64,000 nt of DNA. It comes from Nitrospiraceae bacterium. GTDB lineage: Bacteria; Nitrospirota; Thermodesulfovibrionia; UBA6902. Positions 27,727 through 38,430 of this stretch are shown piece after piece (position 1 is the first letter of the stretch; every line of letters starts with the position of its first letter). Location of the stretch: positions 24,854 through 88,853 of the forward strand of contig QZJG01000060.1 in assembly GCA_003599275.1 (NCBI GenBank), written 5' to 3'. The notes beneath the pieces were generated by a model. That model ran no database searches, was not told the DNA's origin, and saw only the letters and a list, made by a program, of their open reading frames with translations. The position numbers and the translations under genes were made by a program.

Positions 27727-29196
27727 TTAATTCCCATACGACGGCAGCTTCATAAAGACACTGGTGCCTTTGCCGGGTTTTGATTTGAATTCAAGCGAGC
27801 CTTTAAGCTCTTTTACGATCCCGTAAGAGATGGAAAGACCGAGACCTGTGCCGCCGCTGTCAAGCCTTGTGGTAAAGAACGGCTCGGTTATCCTCTCAAG
27901 GATGTCTTCGGGTATTCCGGAGCCTTCGTCATTCACCTCAACGGTGACATGTCCTGATTTCCTGTCATAGCAGGTAGAAACATCTATGCCTTTAGTTTTG
28001 TTCGGCAGGGCCTGCAGTGAGTTCATGATCAGGTTGACGAGCACCTGCTCCAGTTGCTGGGAGCTTCCTTTCACAACAGGCATGCCCTCGGAACAAAGCA
28101 TTTTGAAATGGTCGGTGCATTTTTTTATTTGCGGCTCAAGGATCGTGGCGGCATTCCTTACGATCTTATTGACGTCCACTCTTTCGTCCTGTTTAACGCT
28201 CTCAGGTTTTGCAAAGTTCCTTAAGTTGTCGACGATATTCTTTATCCTCGTTGCGCCTTCGTTTATGCCGTCCAGCAATTTAGGCGCTATATCGTTTAAT
28301 TCGGAAAAAGGGACCCCGCCCAGCATGAAGTCTCCGTCTTTCCCGTATTTTTCGGACAAAAGACGGAAGGCGTCTTCCCATATCCCGCTGAAGAGGCCGG
28401 CATTGGACATGATATAACTGTTAGGGTTGTTGATCTCATGGGCCACCCCGGATACGAGCGTGCCGAGGGACGTCATTTTATTGGTATGAACGAGCTTTGC
28501 CCGGATGAGCCCGGCCTCCTGCTCCAACTGCTTCTTCTCGGTAATGTCGATAATGGAAAACAATATCTTCTTATAACTGCCCTCGTATTGTTTGGGTATC
28601 TGCCACCTGACCATAATATTATTGGGCTCGCCGTCGAACTTTAAAGTCACGGCCTCGCCTTCGCGCTTGCCTTGACCCTCGGCGACATAAATGCATTCCT
28701 GCATAAAACAGTCCCAGGTCTCTTCGCAGAAGATTTTATAAATATTGTTCATGAAATCCGGCTTGTCTTTTGCGCGGTAATTCCTGACAGTGGTCTCATT
28801 GACGTCCGTCACTTTTATCAAAGAGGCGCAGTGTTCGAGGGCCGCGCGGTTTTCGCTGAAATATTTTTTGAAGTCCGTTATCCCTTTCTCCTTTTTCAAC
28901 TGCTCGGTGTATTCCCTTATCCCCGAATAATCCTTGTCCCAGAGGGAGATCGGCGACTCCTCAAACCTGATCCGGTACAGCTCCTCGCTTTCCCTTAACG
29001 CCTGCTCTGCTTTTTTCCTTTCCGCAATCTCGTTCTTCAGCTCAAAATTCGTCTTCTCAAGCTCCAGCATATACTCTCTTACCTTTTTTTCGAGCAGGTC
29101 ATGAGACCTCTTCAGATCTTTTTCAGCGATCTTGCGCTCCGTAATGTCGTGGGCGACGCCGTGTGTCGGCCTCTTTTTCACTTTGTCATGGTCCAT
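27727..29196 (-). CDS. Cytoplasmic PAS sensor histidine kinase
   Basis: DITE PAS C-terminal motifs, [25 protein letters not shown]. Confidence 0.9.
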   Translation of the reverse strand: MDHDKVKKRPTHGVAHDITERKIAEKDLKRSHDLLEKKVREYMLELEKTNFELKNEIAERKKAEQALRESEELYRIRFEESPISLWDKDYSGIREYTEQLKKEKGITDFKKYFSENRAALEHCASLIKVTDVNETTVRNYRAKDKPDFMNNIYKIFCEETWDCFMQECIYVAEGQGKREGEAVTLKFDGEPNNIMVRWQIPKQYEGSYKKILFSIIDITEKKQLEQEAGLIRAKLVHTNKMTSLGTLVSGVAHEINNPNSYIMSNAGLFSGIWEDAFRLLSEKYGKDGDFMLGGVPFSELNDIAPKLLDGINEGATRIKNIVDNLRNFAKPESVKQDERVDVNKIVRNAATILEPQIKKCTDHFKMLCSEGMPVVKGSSQQLEQVLVNLIMNSLQALPNKTKGIDVSTCYDRKSGHVTVEVNDEGSGIPEDILERITEPFFTTRLDSGGTGLGLSISYGIVKELKGSLEFKSKPGKGTSVFMKLPSYGN

Positions 29197-29403
29197 ATAG
29201 TTTCTCCTCTAATGAAAAGACAGGATTTTGAGGCATCCGGAACTTTCTTATTTTACTATTTTCCCCTGCCGTCTTTGGGAAATATTTTACCTCCTGTTCC
29301 CGATTTTAAAACTTCAGCCGTGCCCCTCTTTCCTCCGCCTATGGCGGCCCTGACAAGTTTCACTGTTTTGCCTTCATTAAAATAACCGTCTCACTCATGG
29401 TCG

Positions 29404-31860
29404 TTAGTCCGGAATCAAAACGCCGGTGTAGGTCAGAATACAGGGCCGGTAATACAATGGATTGCCGTTTTCAGGGCAAAGGACGTCGTAAGACCGGCTG
29501 CCGTATTGATGCAATTCATCGATGCCTGTGCCGCTGATACTTATAATGGCCTGTGACCTGTTGTCCGCTTCAAGAATCAGGTCATAAAGGCCGTTGCCGC
29601 TTATGACGTCGCCGTTGAAATTAAAGTCCGACGTCTGCGCCATGTCCGGATCGATATTAATGCTCACCCCCCCGCCGTTTGATACATTTGCATATGCGCT
29701 GCAGGCGGAAGGCACTTCGTTGCCGGTGATCGTATTGTTTGAAGAATTCAGGGTGGTCCTTGCATCACACGGACCCGTGCAGCCGCTCCAGTGTTGTACG
29801 CCCAGGAACAACCCCGCGCCGGTCACGGCCTGATTGCCAGAGATCATATTGCCTTCAAGGATGATATCTGCGGTATTCTCCCGTCTCGTTATTACCGACA
29901 ATCCTCCTCCATATGCAGGACCGCCGAAGTCGGCATTGGCGAAGCAGTCTTCGGCATAATTGTTTGAGATGATATTGTTCACAATATTTGCGTTTACATG
30001 GGCAGGGTTGGACTGACGTCCGTCACTGAACAGCATAACTCCCGCCCCGAAGCTGGAAGTATTGTCATGTATGTTGTTGCCGTCCATTGTAACGTCGAAA
30101 ACTTTTCCGTCAGTATAGTTGATAAGCAGAACACCTCCTGAGTCCGCGTCTGCATGGTTATTATGTATCTCGTTACCTCTCAGCACCGCCGTGATATTCT
30201 CCTGCTTCGCCATTATTGCAACGGCCGCGTCTGCGTAATAACCCGTTGTCAGGTTGTTTTTTATTACATTGTCGAGGAGTGTCAGAGTTATTCTGTATGG
30301 ATTATTATTGATTGCCAGAAGGCCGCTGCCGATATTATAGGCTGGCTGGCCGTCCCCATACGCTTTGCTGCCGTTTTGTATGGTCAGGCCCTTTATGGTC
30401 AGGTCAAGGTCTGCATCTGCAGGATCGATGTAAAAGACCCTCTCTGTCCCGCTTCCGTCTATAATGGTAAGCGCCGGATCGTCGCTCCGGTCGCCGGTTG
30501 TAAAATCCCATCCTCCTTCCAGTGTGATTGCTCCGCCCTTCGCAATGTTTATACTTTCGTAATATGTCCCCTGAGCTATCCGGACAGCATCGCCGTCAAG
30601 TGCGGCATCGACGGCAGACTGAATCGTTGAATGTTCTGCAGGCACGCAAAGGACGTCACTGCTGCTGCAACCGGCGTCGGAAGGCAGTGTTCCAAAGCTG
30701 AAGTTGTCAAAATGCGCATGGCTCCAGCGAACACCGAGCCCTATCTGCCCGGTCCCCATTGAGCTGAAATCCGCCCCGGCCTTGAATACAAATCCACTTC
30801 CATCCCGGTCGTCGTCTACGTACAGATTTACCGTATTGCCGCTTATCTCCACCCTCATCCTGTACCATCGGGAAGTGTCTATGTTCTCACTGAATGACGC
30901 TATGTCATGCCATGAGCCGTCTCCGTTGCTGTAACCTATCACCCACAGATTGGCCCCGTCTTTGGCTGCCGCGTATTTGAAATCATTGGGGCCGTTGTAA
31001 TCGAATATGATCAGTCCATTGAGATATGTGCCGTCAGGCCGGCTGAAAAGATCCGATTCAATCATCATGGAGCCCGAAGTCTGTGCATTATTAAGAAGCG
31101 AGATGCCGAACGGCCCTGCTGTGTCCGTGCCGCTGTATTCGTCATTCTCCATTGCCCATGTGCCGGAGACAGGGGTCCAGATTATATTCGTTGCGTATTT
31201 GAGGTCGCCATTTGACCAGTCATAATAACTGATATGTATATTGTTAGTTGAATTTACAACTATAGATGCATAAAAACCTACATTCCCTGCTGAATCTAAT
31301 GTTGATGTGACCCAGTCGCCTGAGGCATTAGTAGCATAGTTGAGATCATAATCCGGATACTCCGCATAATAACTAATATGGACATTATTGTTTGAATCTA
31401 TGGCTATTGAAGAAGAATCTCCCGAGCTCCGGCCATCTATCACGGACGTGATCCATTCTCCTGAGGCATTAGTGGCATACTTGAGGTCATAATTGGGATA
31501 ACCATCATAATAACTGATATGCGCCTTGTTGTTTGAATCTATAGCTATCGAGGTAAATGTCCCTACGTTTCCTGACGAATCTATCGTGGATGCAGTCCAT
31601 GAGCCGGATGCATTTGTCGCATACTTGAGATCATTGTTGTCTTCATCAAGATAACCGATATGCGTCTTGCCGTTTGAATCTTCGGCTATTGAAGTAAATG
31701 AACCCACGTTTCCTGTCGAATCAATTGTTGATGTATTCCATTCGGCAAAAGAGACCGCAGGTAATGCCGCTGCCAAACTCAGAAGCGAAAGGATAAACGT
31801 TAACCATGCAAAACTTTTCCCTGAAAATCTTTTACTCTTCATCATGTCTTTCATGCCCAT
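29404..31860 (-). CDS. Secreted mosaic protein: signal peptide, four ~48-aa repeats, lectin/LamG-like segment, right-handed beta-helix
   Basis: Signal peptide; repeats W.TSTIDS.GNVG...SIA.DSN...HISYY....DLKYATNASG; VPAEHSTIQSAVDAA..GD.V.IAQGTY start and N/G-rich parallel beta-helix repeats. Confidence 0.75.
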   Translation of the reverse strand: MGMKDMMKSKRFSGKSFAWLTFILSLLSLAAALPAVSFAEWNTSTIDSTGNVGSFTSIAEDSNGKTHIGYLDEDNNDLKYATNASGSWTASTIDSSGNVGTFTSIAIDSNNKAHISYYDGYPNYDLKYATNASGEWITSVIDGRSSGDSSSIAIDSNNNVHISYYAEYPDYDLNYATNASGDWVTSTLDSAGNVGFYASIVVNSTNNIHISYYDWSNGDLKYATNIIWTPVSGTWAMENDEYSGTDTAGPFGISLLNNAQTSGSMMIESDLFSRPDGTYLNGLIIFDYNGPNDFKYAAAKDGANLWVIGYSNGDGSWHDIASFSENIDTSRWYRMRVEISGNTVNLYVDDDRDGSGFVFKAGADFSSMGTGQIGLGVRWSHAHFDNFSFGTLPSDAGCSSSDVLCVPAEHSTIQSAVDAALDGDAVRIAQGTYYESINIAKGGAITLEGGWDFTTGDRSDDPALTIIDGSGTERVFYIDPADADLDLTIKGLTIQNGSKAYGDGQPAYNIGSGLLAINNNPYRITLTLLDNVIKNNLTTGYYADAAVAIMAKQENITAVLRGNEIHNNHADADSGGVLLINYTDGKVFDVTMDGNNIHDNTSSFGAGVMLFSDGRQSNPAHVNANIVNNIISNNYAEDCFANADFGGPAYGGGLSVITRRENTADIILEGNMISGNQAVTGAGLFLGVQHWSGCTGPCDARTTLNSSNNTITGNEVPSACSAYANVSNGGGVSINIDPDMAQTSDFNFNGDVISGNGLYDLILEADNRSQAIISISGTGIDELHQYGSRSYDVLCPENGNPLYYRPCILTYTGVLIPD

Positions 31861-31992
31861 CCTCCTTCTTGAATGATTGATGATGTTTTTGTTTGAAATT
31901 GATTTTCCTTATCCATTTGTTTTTGGACTGATATTTTTTAACCGTCGGCTACGTTCTTATACTAAGAACTAACATGATAAAACCTCATTGTC

Positions 31993-32063
31993 GTCATTCC
32001 GGGCTTGACCCGGAATCCAATATTTTCCTGATGCTTATAGATTCCCGCCTTCGCGGGAATGAC
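31993..32063. repeat. Palindromic element GTCATTCCGGGCTTGACCCGGAATCC...ATTCCCGCCTTCGCGGGAATGAC
   Basis: Terminal GTCATT/AATGAC inverted repeats and two hairpins. Confidence 0.85.
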
Positions 32064-32102
32064 GTAAATTAAGGTGTTTTTCAATATATAGTCATTTCCA
32101 AA

Positions 32103-32118
32103 TGCAAGTCATATGCCA
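32103..32118 (-). promoter_or_regulatory. Sigma54 (-24/-12) promoter TGGCAT-ATGAC-TTGCA
   Basis: GG-N10-GC spacing is exact; oriented toward the 31860 gene; two sigma54 activators are encoded nearby. Confidence 0.7.
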
Positions 32119-32335
32119 CAATTAAACGAAACGTTTTTATGCTTTATGATTAAGGAGTTGTAAGGCTTTGAAGTCTGTTTGAAGATTTGATAGGGTTGCA
32201 ACCTTAGTTGACTGGAAATTAAGATGATTGAATTTAACCGGCTGGAATTAAATAATTATATCGGCGATGCAACTTTTGTCCAAATGCAAAAATCGTCGCA
32301 TCCCTTTTTTGATGCTGAAGAAGTCGGTTTTCAGT

Positions 32336-32478
32336 GTCATTGCGAGGAACGTTAGTGACGAAGCAATCTCAAATATATTGATTAATACAGAAGCGGATTG
32401 CTTCATGGAGTTTACCCAGAGCTTAAAGACGAGATTCTTCGCTTCGCTCAGAATGACCCGCGAAGGGTCCGCAATGAC
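32336..32478. repeat. Composite palindromic element GTCATTGCGAG...GCAATGAC with a nested GATTCTTCGCTTCGCTCAGAATGAC arm
   Basis: Read directly; related to the 57245-57319 copy. Confidence 0.8.
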
Positions 32479-32549
32479 AGCCAAAATACTTTTTCTGCAG
32501 CCTGTTAGCAGGTGATGGTTTCTGCAGGGAAAAAAAGCAGGTTTTCCGG

Positions 32550-33668
32550 TTACCTTGCCTGCTCTTTGTGATTGAAGATGTCTTTTATCTTGTCCACGAA
32601 ATTTTTGGAAGGCTCTTCGCCGCTTAATTCGGCGAATTCCATAAGCAGCTCTTTTTGTCTCGGTGTGAGTTTTTTGGGCACGTCTATAAAGACTGTTATA
32701 AACTGGTCCCCCTTTCCATAACCGCCCAGTCTCGGGGCGCCTTTGCCTTTCAAATGGAAGACCTTGCCCGAAGGAGTGCCTGCAGGGACCTTGATGGCTG
32801 CCGGTCCTTCGAGAGTGGGCACTTCAATTTCGGCGCCCAGCGCAGCCTGCACAAAAGATATCGGGACCTCACAGAGGATGTCGTTGCCTTTGCGTTTAAA
32901 AAACGGGTGCGGCGCGACATTCATTACAACATACAGGTCCCCATGCGGGCCTCCATAAGTTCCCGGCTCCCCTTCGCCCGTGACTTTCAGTCTTATTCCC
33001 GTATCGACCCCGGCGGGTATTTTCAGCGACAGGGTGCGGTCCTTTCTGACCTTGCCCTGGCCCCTGCATTCAGCGCACGGGTCCGTGATAATCTTGCCGT
33101 GGCCACCGCACTTTCCACAGGTTTTCGAGATCGTGAAGAAACCCTGCTGTATCCTGACTTGCCCGGTGCCCCTGCAGTGCTGGCAGGCAACGGGTCCTTT
33201 ACCGGGCTGAGAACCGGTCCCGCCGCAGCCGGAGCAATTTTCCCATTTCGGGATGGTTATTTCTTTTTCCGTTCCTGATACGGCCTCATGCAGTGATATA
33301 TCGAGGTCGTAACGGAGGTCCTCTCCCTTTGTCGGCCGCGTTCTTCTCCTGCCGGAGAACTCGCCGAATATGTCTCCGAAGACGTCTCCGAATATATCTC
33401 CGAAATTCGTGGAAGAGAAGCCGCCTGCGCCAAAATCAAAGCCCGCGCCTGCGCCTTCAGCAGTACCGAACCTGTCATAGTTGGAGCGTTTCCCGGCATC
33501 ACTCAGACATGCATATGCTTCATTTATTTCTTTGAACGTTTCTTCACTGGCTTTGTCCCCGGGATTCCTGTCGGGGTGGTGTTTTAAGGCGAGCTTACGG
33601 TAGGCCTTTTTTAAGTCGTCCTCTGAAGCATTTCTGTCAACGCCGAGTATCTGGTAGTAGTCTTTCAT
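32550..33668 (-). CDS. dnaJ: Chaperone DnaJ
   Basis: J domain with HPD, four CxxCxGxG repeats. Confidence 0.97.
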   Translation of the reverse strand: MKDYYQILGVDRNASEDDLKKAYRKLALKHHPDRNPGDKASEETFKEINEAYACLSDAGKRSNYDRFGTAEGAGAGFDFGAGGFSSTNFGDIFGDVFGDIFGEFSGRRRTRPTKGEDLRYDLDISLHEAVSGTEKEITIPKWENCSGCGGTGSQPGKGPVACQHCRGTGQVRIQQGFFTISKTCGKCGGHGKIITDPCAECRGQGKVRKDRTLSLKIPAGVDTGIRLKVTGEGEPGTYGGPHGDLYVVMNVAPHPFFKRKGNDILCEVPISFVQAALGAEIEVPTLEGPAAIKVPAGTPSGKVFHLKGKGAPRLGGYGKGDQFITVFIDVPKKLTPRQKELLMEFAELSGEEPSKNFVDKIKDIFNHKEQAR

Positions 33669-33671
33669 ATA

Positions 33672-33769
33672 AGTAGTCAGTAGTCAGTAGTCAGTAGTTA
33701 GTAGTAAAAAGGAACGAAAAGGTGGAATCCTGCTATCCTTAACTACCAACTACTTGCTACTTACTACCT
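33672..33769. repeat. Inverted pair of heptamer tandem arrays: (AGTAGTC)x3-AGTAGTT-AGTAGTA ... ACTACCA-ACTACTT-GCTACTT-ACTACCT
   Basis: Fills most of the dnaK-dnaJ intergenic space. Confidence 0.85.
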
Positions 33770-35690
33770 ATTCTTTCTTGTCCGTTTCTTCGAATTCAGC
33801 TTCGACAACGTCCTCTTTTTCTTTCTGGCCGCCGTCTGATGCTGCTGCGCCTGCTCCGGCTTCTGCCTGCTGCGCTCCGGCGCCTTGTGACTTGTACATC
33901 TCTTCGGCGATCTTGTGCGACGCTGTTGTCAGCGCCTCGGTTGCCTTCTTAAGCTCATCCGGCTCGGTTGCAGAGTCCTTTGCCTTTTTGCATTTTTCAA
34001 GCGCCTCTTCTATCTTTTGCCTGTCCTCAAGCGACACCTTGTCTCCATAATCCTTTAAGGATTTTTCAACCGTGTATATAAGCGTGTCCGCCTCATTTCT
34101 CGCCTCTGCAAGCTGGCGCTTCCTGTGGTCTTCAGTCGCGTGGGCTTCAGCTTCGCCAGTTGTCCTCTTTATTTCTTCTTCGGTCAGGCCGCTTGATGCG
34201 GTTATCCTGATGGACTGCTCTTTTCCGGTGCCCTTGTCTTTTGCGGACACATGAAGTATCCCGTTTGCGTCAATGTCAAAGGTGACTTCAACCTGCGGGA
34301 CCCCTCTTGGCGCCGGTGGGATGCCGACGAGCTCGAAATTTCCAAGGAGCTTGTTGTCCGCCGCCATTTCCCTCTCGCCCTGGCATATTCTGATTGTCAC
34401 AGCCGGTTGATTATCTGATGCTGTGGAAAATACCTGGCTCTTTTTTGTCGGGATCGTTGTGTTGCGCTCGATGAGCTTGGTAAATATCCCACCGAGGGTT
34501 TCAATGCCCAGAGAAAGAGGCGTGACGTCAAGAAGGAGCACGTCTTTGACCTCTCCTTTTAAAACGCCTGCCTGGATCGCTGCGCCTGCGGCAACTACTT
34601 CATCGGGGTTGACTTCCTTTGAAGGCTCTTTGCCGAAAAATTCCTTTACCGCCTGCACGACCTTCGGGGTCCTGGTCTGCCCGCCGACGAGGATTACTTC
34701 GTCAATGTCCTTTGCGCTCAATCCCGCATCGGCAAGCGCGCGTTTGCAAGGCCCAACCGTCCTTTGAATCAGGTCGTCAACAAGCTGTTCAAACTGTGCA
34801 CGGGACAGTTTCTTGACCAGATGCTTGGGACCCGTTGCATCAGCAGTGATGAAGGGCAGATTGATCTCCGTCTCCATTGCGGAGGACAATTCGATCTTCG
34901 CCTTCTCTGCGCTTTCCTTTAATCTCTGAAGCGCCATTTTATCGTTGCGGAGGTCAATGAAAGATTCTTTTTTAAATTCTGTAACAAGCCAGTCCATTAT
35001 CTTGATGTCGAAATCGTCTCCGCCGAGGTAGGTGTCGCCGTTTGTTGATTTCACCTCGACAACGCCTTCACCGATTTCAAGTATCGATATATCGAATGTT
35101 CCGCCGCCGAGATCGTAAACGGCGATTTTTTCTTCCTTCTTTTTGTCCATTCCGTACGCGAGAGACGCGGCGGTCGGCTCGTTGATGATTCTCAATACGT
35201 TCAGGCCCGCGATCCTGCCCGCGTCCTTTGTCGCCTGACGCTGGCTGTCGTCAAAATACGCCGGCACGGTTATGACCGCGTCCGTGACGGGCTCACCTAA
35301 ATAATCTTCCGCAGCCTGTTTTAATTTCTGCAGGATCATTGCCGAGACTTCAGGGGGCGAATAAGTCTTCCCGTGCGCCTCGACATGGGCGTCTCCGTTT
35401 GGCGCGCCCACTAATTTGTAGGGAAGTTTTTTCTTTGCCTCTTCAGCTTCTCTTGAATTGGACTTTCTCCCCATCAATCTCTTTATGGAGAAGATGGTAT
35501 TTTCAGGATTTGTGATTGCCTGTCTTTTTGCGACCTGCCCGACAAGTCTCTCGCCTTTATCAGTGAAAGCCACAACAGAGGGCGTTGTTCTTGTGCCCTC
35601 CTGATTGGCGATGATGGTCGGTTCTCCTCCCTGCATTACGGCTACTACCGAGTTGGTAGTCCCAAGATCAATTCCAACTACCTTTCCCAT
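33768..35690 (-). CDS. dnaK: Chaperone DnaK
   Basis: [33 protein letters not shown]. Confidence 0.98.
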   Translation of the reverse strand: MGKVVGIDLGTTNSVVAVMQGGEPTIIANQEGTRTTPSVVAFTDKGERLVGQVAKRQAITNPENTIFSIKRLMGRKSNSREAEEAKKKLPYKLVGAPNGDAHVEAHGKTYSPPEVSAMILQKLKQAAEDYLGEPVTDAVITVPAYFDDSQRQATKDAGRIAGLNVLRIINEPTAASLAYGMDKKKEEKIAVYDLGGGTFDISILEIGEGVVEVKSTNGDTYLGGDDFDIKIMDWLVTEFKKESFIDLRNDKMALQRLKESAEKAKIELSSAMETEINLPFITADATGPKHLVKKLSRAQFEQLVDDLIQRTVGPCKRALADAGLSAKDIDEVILVGGQTRTPKVVQAVKEFFGKEPSKEVNPDEVVAAGAAIQAGVLKGEVKDVLLLDVTPLSLGIETLGGIFTKLIERNTTIPTKKSQVFSTASDNQPAVTIRICQGEREMAADNKLLGNFELVGIPPAPRGVPQVEVTFDIDANGILHVSAKDKGTGKEQSIRITASSGLTEEEIKRTTGEAEAHATEDHRKRQLAEARNEADTLIYTVEKSLKDYGDKVSLEDRQKIEEALEKCKKAKDSATEPDELKKATEALTTASHKIAEEMYKSQGAGAQQAEAGAGAAASDGGQKEKEDVVEAEFEETDKKE

Positions 35691-35732
35691 AAATATATTC
35701 CTCCTGTTTAAATCTGTTTTATGTGTTTGATA

Positions 35733-36290
35733 TCAGCTTTCTTCTGTTGTAACGGCCTGGTCTTGTGAGACTCCCGCTTTGGTGGCGGACGGCTTCTTTG
35801 CAACGCCGACGAGCGACGCCCTTAAAACCCTGTCCTTAAACATGTACCCTTTTCTGAATTCCCTGACCACGGTGTTATCTTCGGCATCTTCCGATTCTAT
35901 CTGCGACATTGCATGATGAACGGAGGGATCAAAGGGTTTATTCAAAGCGTCAATGCCGGTAAGCCCGTATTTTTCAAGCGTGGTTTTTATTTCCTTCAAG
36001 GTCAACTGTACTCCCTCGGCGAGCGGGCCTGATGTTTCGTTGTCGGAAGAATGCTGAAGGGCCAGCTCCAGATGGTCGATAACGGTAAGGAGGTCTTTAA
36101 GAAGACTTTCGTTTGCGTATTTCAGCTGGTCTTCTTTTTGCCTTGACGCAAACCTTTTGTAGTTTTCAAATTCAGCGTAAAGCCTGACATATTTATCGTT
36201 GGCCTCGGACAGAGATTTATTTAATGCCTCGATCTCCTCGCCGGTATTTTGTTCCGGCCCTTTTGGCCCTGTATCCTGATTTTCAGTCAT
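35733..36290 (-). CDS. grpE: Nucleotide exchange factor GrpE
   Basis: RLYAEFENYKR, FDPSVHHAM, KGYMFKDRVLR; operon position. Confidence 0.96.
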   Translation of the reverse strand: MTENQDTGPKGPEQNTGEEIEALNKSLSEANDKYVRLYAEFENYKRFASRQKEDQLKYANESLLKDLLTVIDHLELALQHSSDNETSGPLAEGVQLTLKEIKTTLEKYGLTGIDALNKPFDPSVHHAMSQIESEDAEDNTVVREFRKGYMFKDRVLRASLVGVAKKPSATKAGVSQDQAVTTEES

Positions 36291-36305
36291 TAATGCAATG
36301 CTCCC

Positions 36306-37340
36306 TCAGATTTCGGTCAATATCCGCGTTAAAGTCTTTGCCGTATAATCAACTACGGGAATTAATTTCTTGTAATTCATCCTCGTCGGCCCGATTATCC
36401 CGATGGCCCCGTTAGCGGATTTTTTATCATTGTACGTTGAAATGACCATACTGAGCTCATTTAACGCCGGGACAATATTGTTCATACCTACAAATACCTG
36501 GATCCCGTTTGACCCGCTGATTTGATTAAGCAATTTTAGCATAAATTGCCTGTCTTCAATAGCCCTCAAAATTTCCTTTATCTGTTTCATCGTTGCGAAG
36601 TCCGGCAGGTTCGATGCGCCGGAAAGCTCGTCGAAAGCGAAATTGCATGCTTCCTGGGCAATCATTTCCCTGCAAAATGCCAGCAGGCTGGCTATTAATT
36701 GATCGCAAACAATTCTGTCCGAACGCAACTGGTGCGTTATATACTCCTGCACTTTTTTTATCGTTAATCCGCGAAATTGACTGTTCAGGCAGACGGCTGC
36801 CTTGTCCAGTTGTTTCTGGGTATATATTTTGTCCAGTGTAATTATTTTATTGCTTATCGTCCCTTCATCTGAAATCAGGACGACTAAAACCTTTTTCCCT
36901 TCATATCTGACAAACTTGATGCGCCTGAGTGTTATATCTTCCGTTTTGGGCGGAATGGCGATCGCAAGGTAATGTGAATATAATGAGAGTGTCTGGGCGG
37001 CAGCCTTGACTATTTTGCCGTTATCTTTTCCGGGGACCTGCAGTTTGTCGGACAATTCCAGCGGCAGTGAGATATTTACGGACAAGGCCTGCTCTTCCAG
37101 AAGGGTGTCCACATAAAATCTGTATCCCTTTTCGGTAGGCACCCTCCCGGCGGACGTATGCGGCTGCATGATATAACCGAGATCTTCCAGATTTGCCATT
37201 GTATTGCGTATGGTGGCCGGCGATACGCCGATAGAAAAGTTTTGTGTAATAAAGAATGACCCTATCGGGACATTCAGCTCAATATGACTTTGTATTATCG
37301 AGCAGAGTATTTTTTTACGTCTTTCGTCAAGGTGTTCCAT
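36306..37340 (-). CDS. hrcA: Heat-inducible transcription repressor HrcA
   Basis: SPATIRN.MA.LE..GYI.QPHTSAGRVPT.KGYR.YVD, GIIGPTRMNY. Start set at ATG 37340. Confidence 0.95.
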   Translation of the reverse strand: MEHLDERRKKILCSIIQSHIELNVPIGSFFITQNFSIGVSPATIRNTMANLEDLGYIMQPHTSAGRVPTEKGYRFYVDTLLEEQALSVNISLPLELSDKLQVPGKDNGKIVKAAAQTLSLYSHYLAIAIPPKTEDITLRRIKFVRYEGKKVLVVLISDEGTISNKIITLDKIYTQKQLDKAAVCLNSQFRGLTIKKVQEYITHQLRSDRIVCDQLIASLLAFCREMIAQEACNFAFDELSGASNLPDFATMKQIKEILRAIEDRQFMLKLLNQISGSNGIQVFVGMNNIVPALNELSMVISTYNDKKSANGAIGIIGPTRMNYKKLIPVVDYTAKTLTRILTEI

Positions 37341-37345
37341 CTTGG

Positions 37346-37372
37346 TTAGCACTCAAAAGTGAAGAGTGCTAT
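37346..37372. promoter_or_regulatory. CIRCE element TTAGCACTC-N9-GAGTGCTAT
   Basis: One mismatch to the TTAGCACTC-N9-GAGTGCTAA consensus; directly upstream of the hrcA ATG. Confidence 0.92.
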
Positions 37373-37373
37373 T

Positions 37374-37403
37374 AATATAGCAACAAATATTATTCTGTGT
37401 CAA
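37374..37403 (-). promoter_or_regulatory. Sigma70 promoter of the hrcA operon (TTGACA-N18-TATATT with extended -10 TG)
   Basis: Read on the minus strand immediately upstream of CIRCE. Confidence 0.6.
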
Positions 37404-37501
37404 TGTTGAATGCCCGGTTCGTTTCTATTGATTTTTGACAATGCTTAATTTAAATTAAACGGAGTTGATGCTGAATTTTAATTGACCTCTGTATTGATCC
37501 T

Positions 37502-38383
37502 TTGAACACTGCTATGACACTTATTAAGAAAATTCCTGACTATCTGAGGCTTATAAAATTCTCGCACTCCGTATTTGCGCTTCCCTTTGCGTTTACGTCG
37601 GCGCTTATAGCGGCCGGGGGCGTCCCTTCCCCATATCAGATTTTCTGGATTGCCGTCGCCATGGTCAGCGGAAGATCAGGCGCAATGGGGATGAACAGAA
37701 TAGTCGACAGGGACATCGACGCTCTCAATCCCAGAACAAAGGGCAGGGAAATACCGAAGGGCGTTATCAGTACGTGGGAGGCATTTGTCTTTACCGGTGT
37801 CTCTTTTACCTTTTTGATATTCGCGGCTTACAAACTCAATCCGCTCTGCTTAAAGATATCGCCTCTGTTTATACTGGTCCTTCTCACTTATTCCTATACG
37901 AAAAGATTTACATGGCTTTGCCACATATTCCTCGGGTTCGCCCTTTCATTAGCGCCCCTCGGCGCATGGATAGCGGTGAAAGGGACGGTTGATCCTGAAA
38001 TCCTGCCGCTCTGTTTTGCCGTAATGTTCTGGGTAGCGGGGTTCGACGCGCTCTACGGCCTGCAGGACCTGGATTTTGACAGGAAGCACGGGATATATTC
38101 CATACCGAGCATCTTCGGCGTAAGGACGTCGCTCTGGGCCGCGAGGATATTTCATATCATGACCATTGCGCTTCTTTTCAGCCTTACTCTCATATTCAGG
38201 CTGGGCGGGCTATATCTTTCGGGCATCATAATAGCATCGGGGCTTCTGCTTTACGAGCATGCCCTTGTAAAACCTGCCGATCTCAGCAGGCTGAACATCG
38301 CCTTTTTCAACATGAACGGATACATAAGCATAACGGTCTTTGTGTTTACCCTGTTTAATTATCTTGTGCCGTTGAATTTCTGA
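37502..38383 (+). CDS. UbiA-family prenyltransferase (MqnP-like, quinone biosynthesis)
   Basis: IKFSHSVFALPFA, NRIVDRDIDALNPRT..REIP.G, WVAGFD..YGLQD.DFD. Confidence 0.85.
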   Translation: MNTAMTLIKKIPDYLRLIKFSHSVFALPFAFTSALIAAGGVPSPYQIFWIAVAMVSGRSGAMGMNRIVDRDIDALNPRTKGREIPKGVISTWEAFVFTGVSFTFLIFAAYKLNPLCLKISPLFILVLLTYSYTKRFTWLCHIFLGFALSLAPLGAWIAVKGTVDPEILPLCFAVMFWVAGFDALYGLQDLDFDRKHGIYSIPSIFGVRTSLWAARIFHIMTIALLFSLTLIFRLGGLYLSGIIIASGLLLYEHALVKPADLSRLNIAFFNMNGYISITVFVFTLFNYLVPLNF

Positions 38384-38430
38384 GATGCCGGAGTGACCTG
38401 CTTTCCTGTTGTAAAAAAGAGGCGAAGGTC

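Noticed and set aside
29197-29403. Possible small ORF or frameshifted extension of the secreted protein (GYFNEGKTVKLVRAAIGGG...)
   Set aside because: An in-frame stop precedes it, there is no convincing start or RBS, and no recognisable homology.
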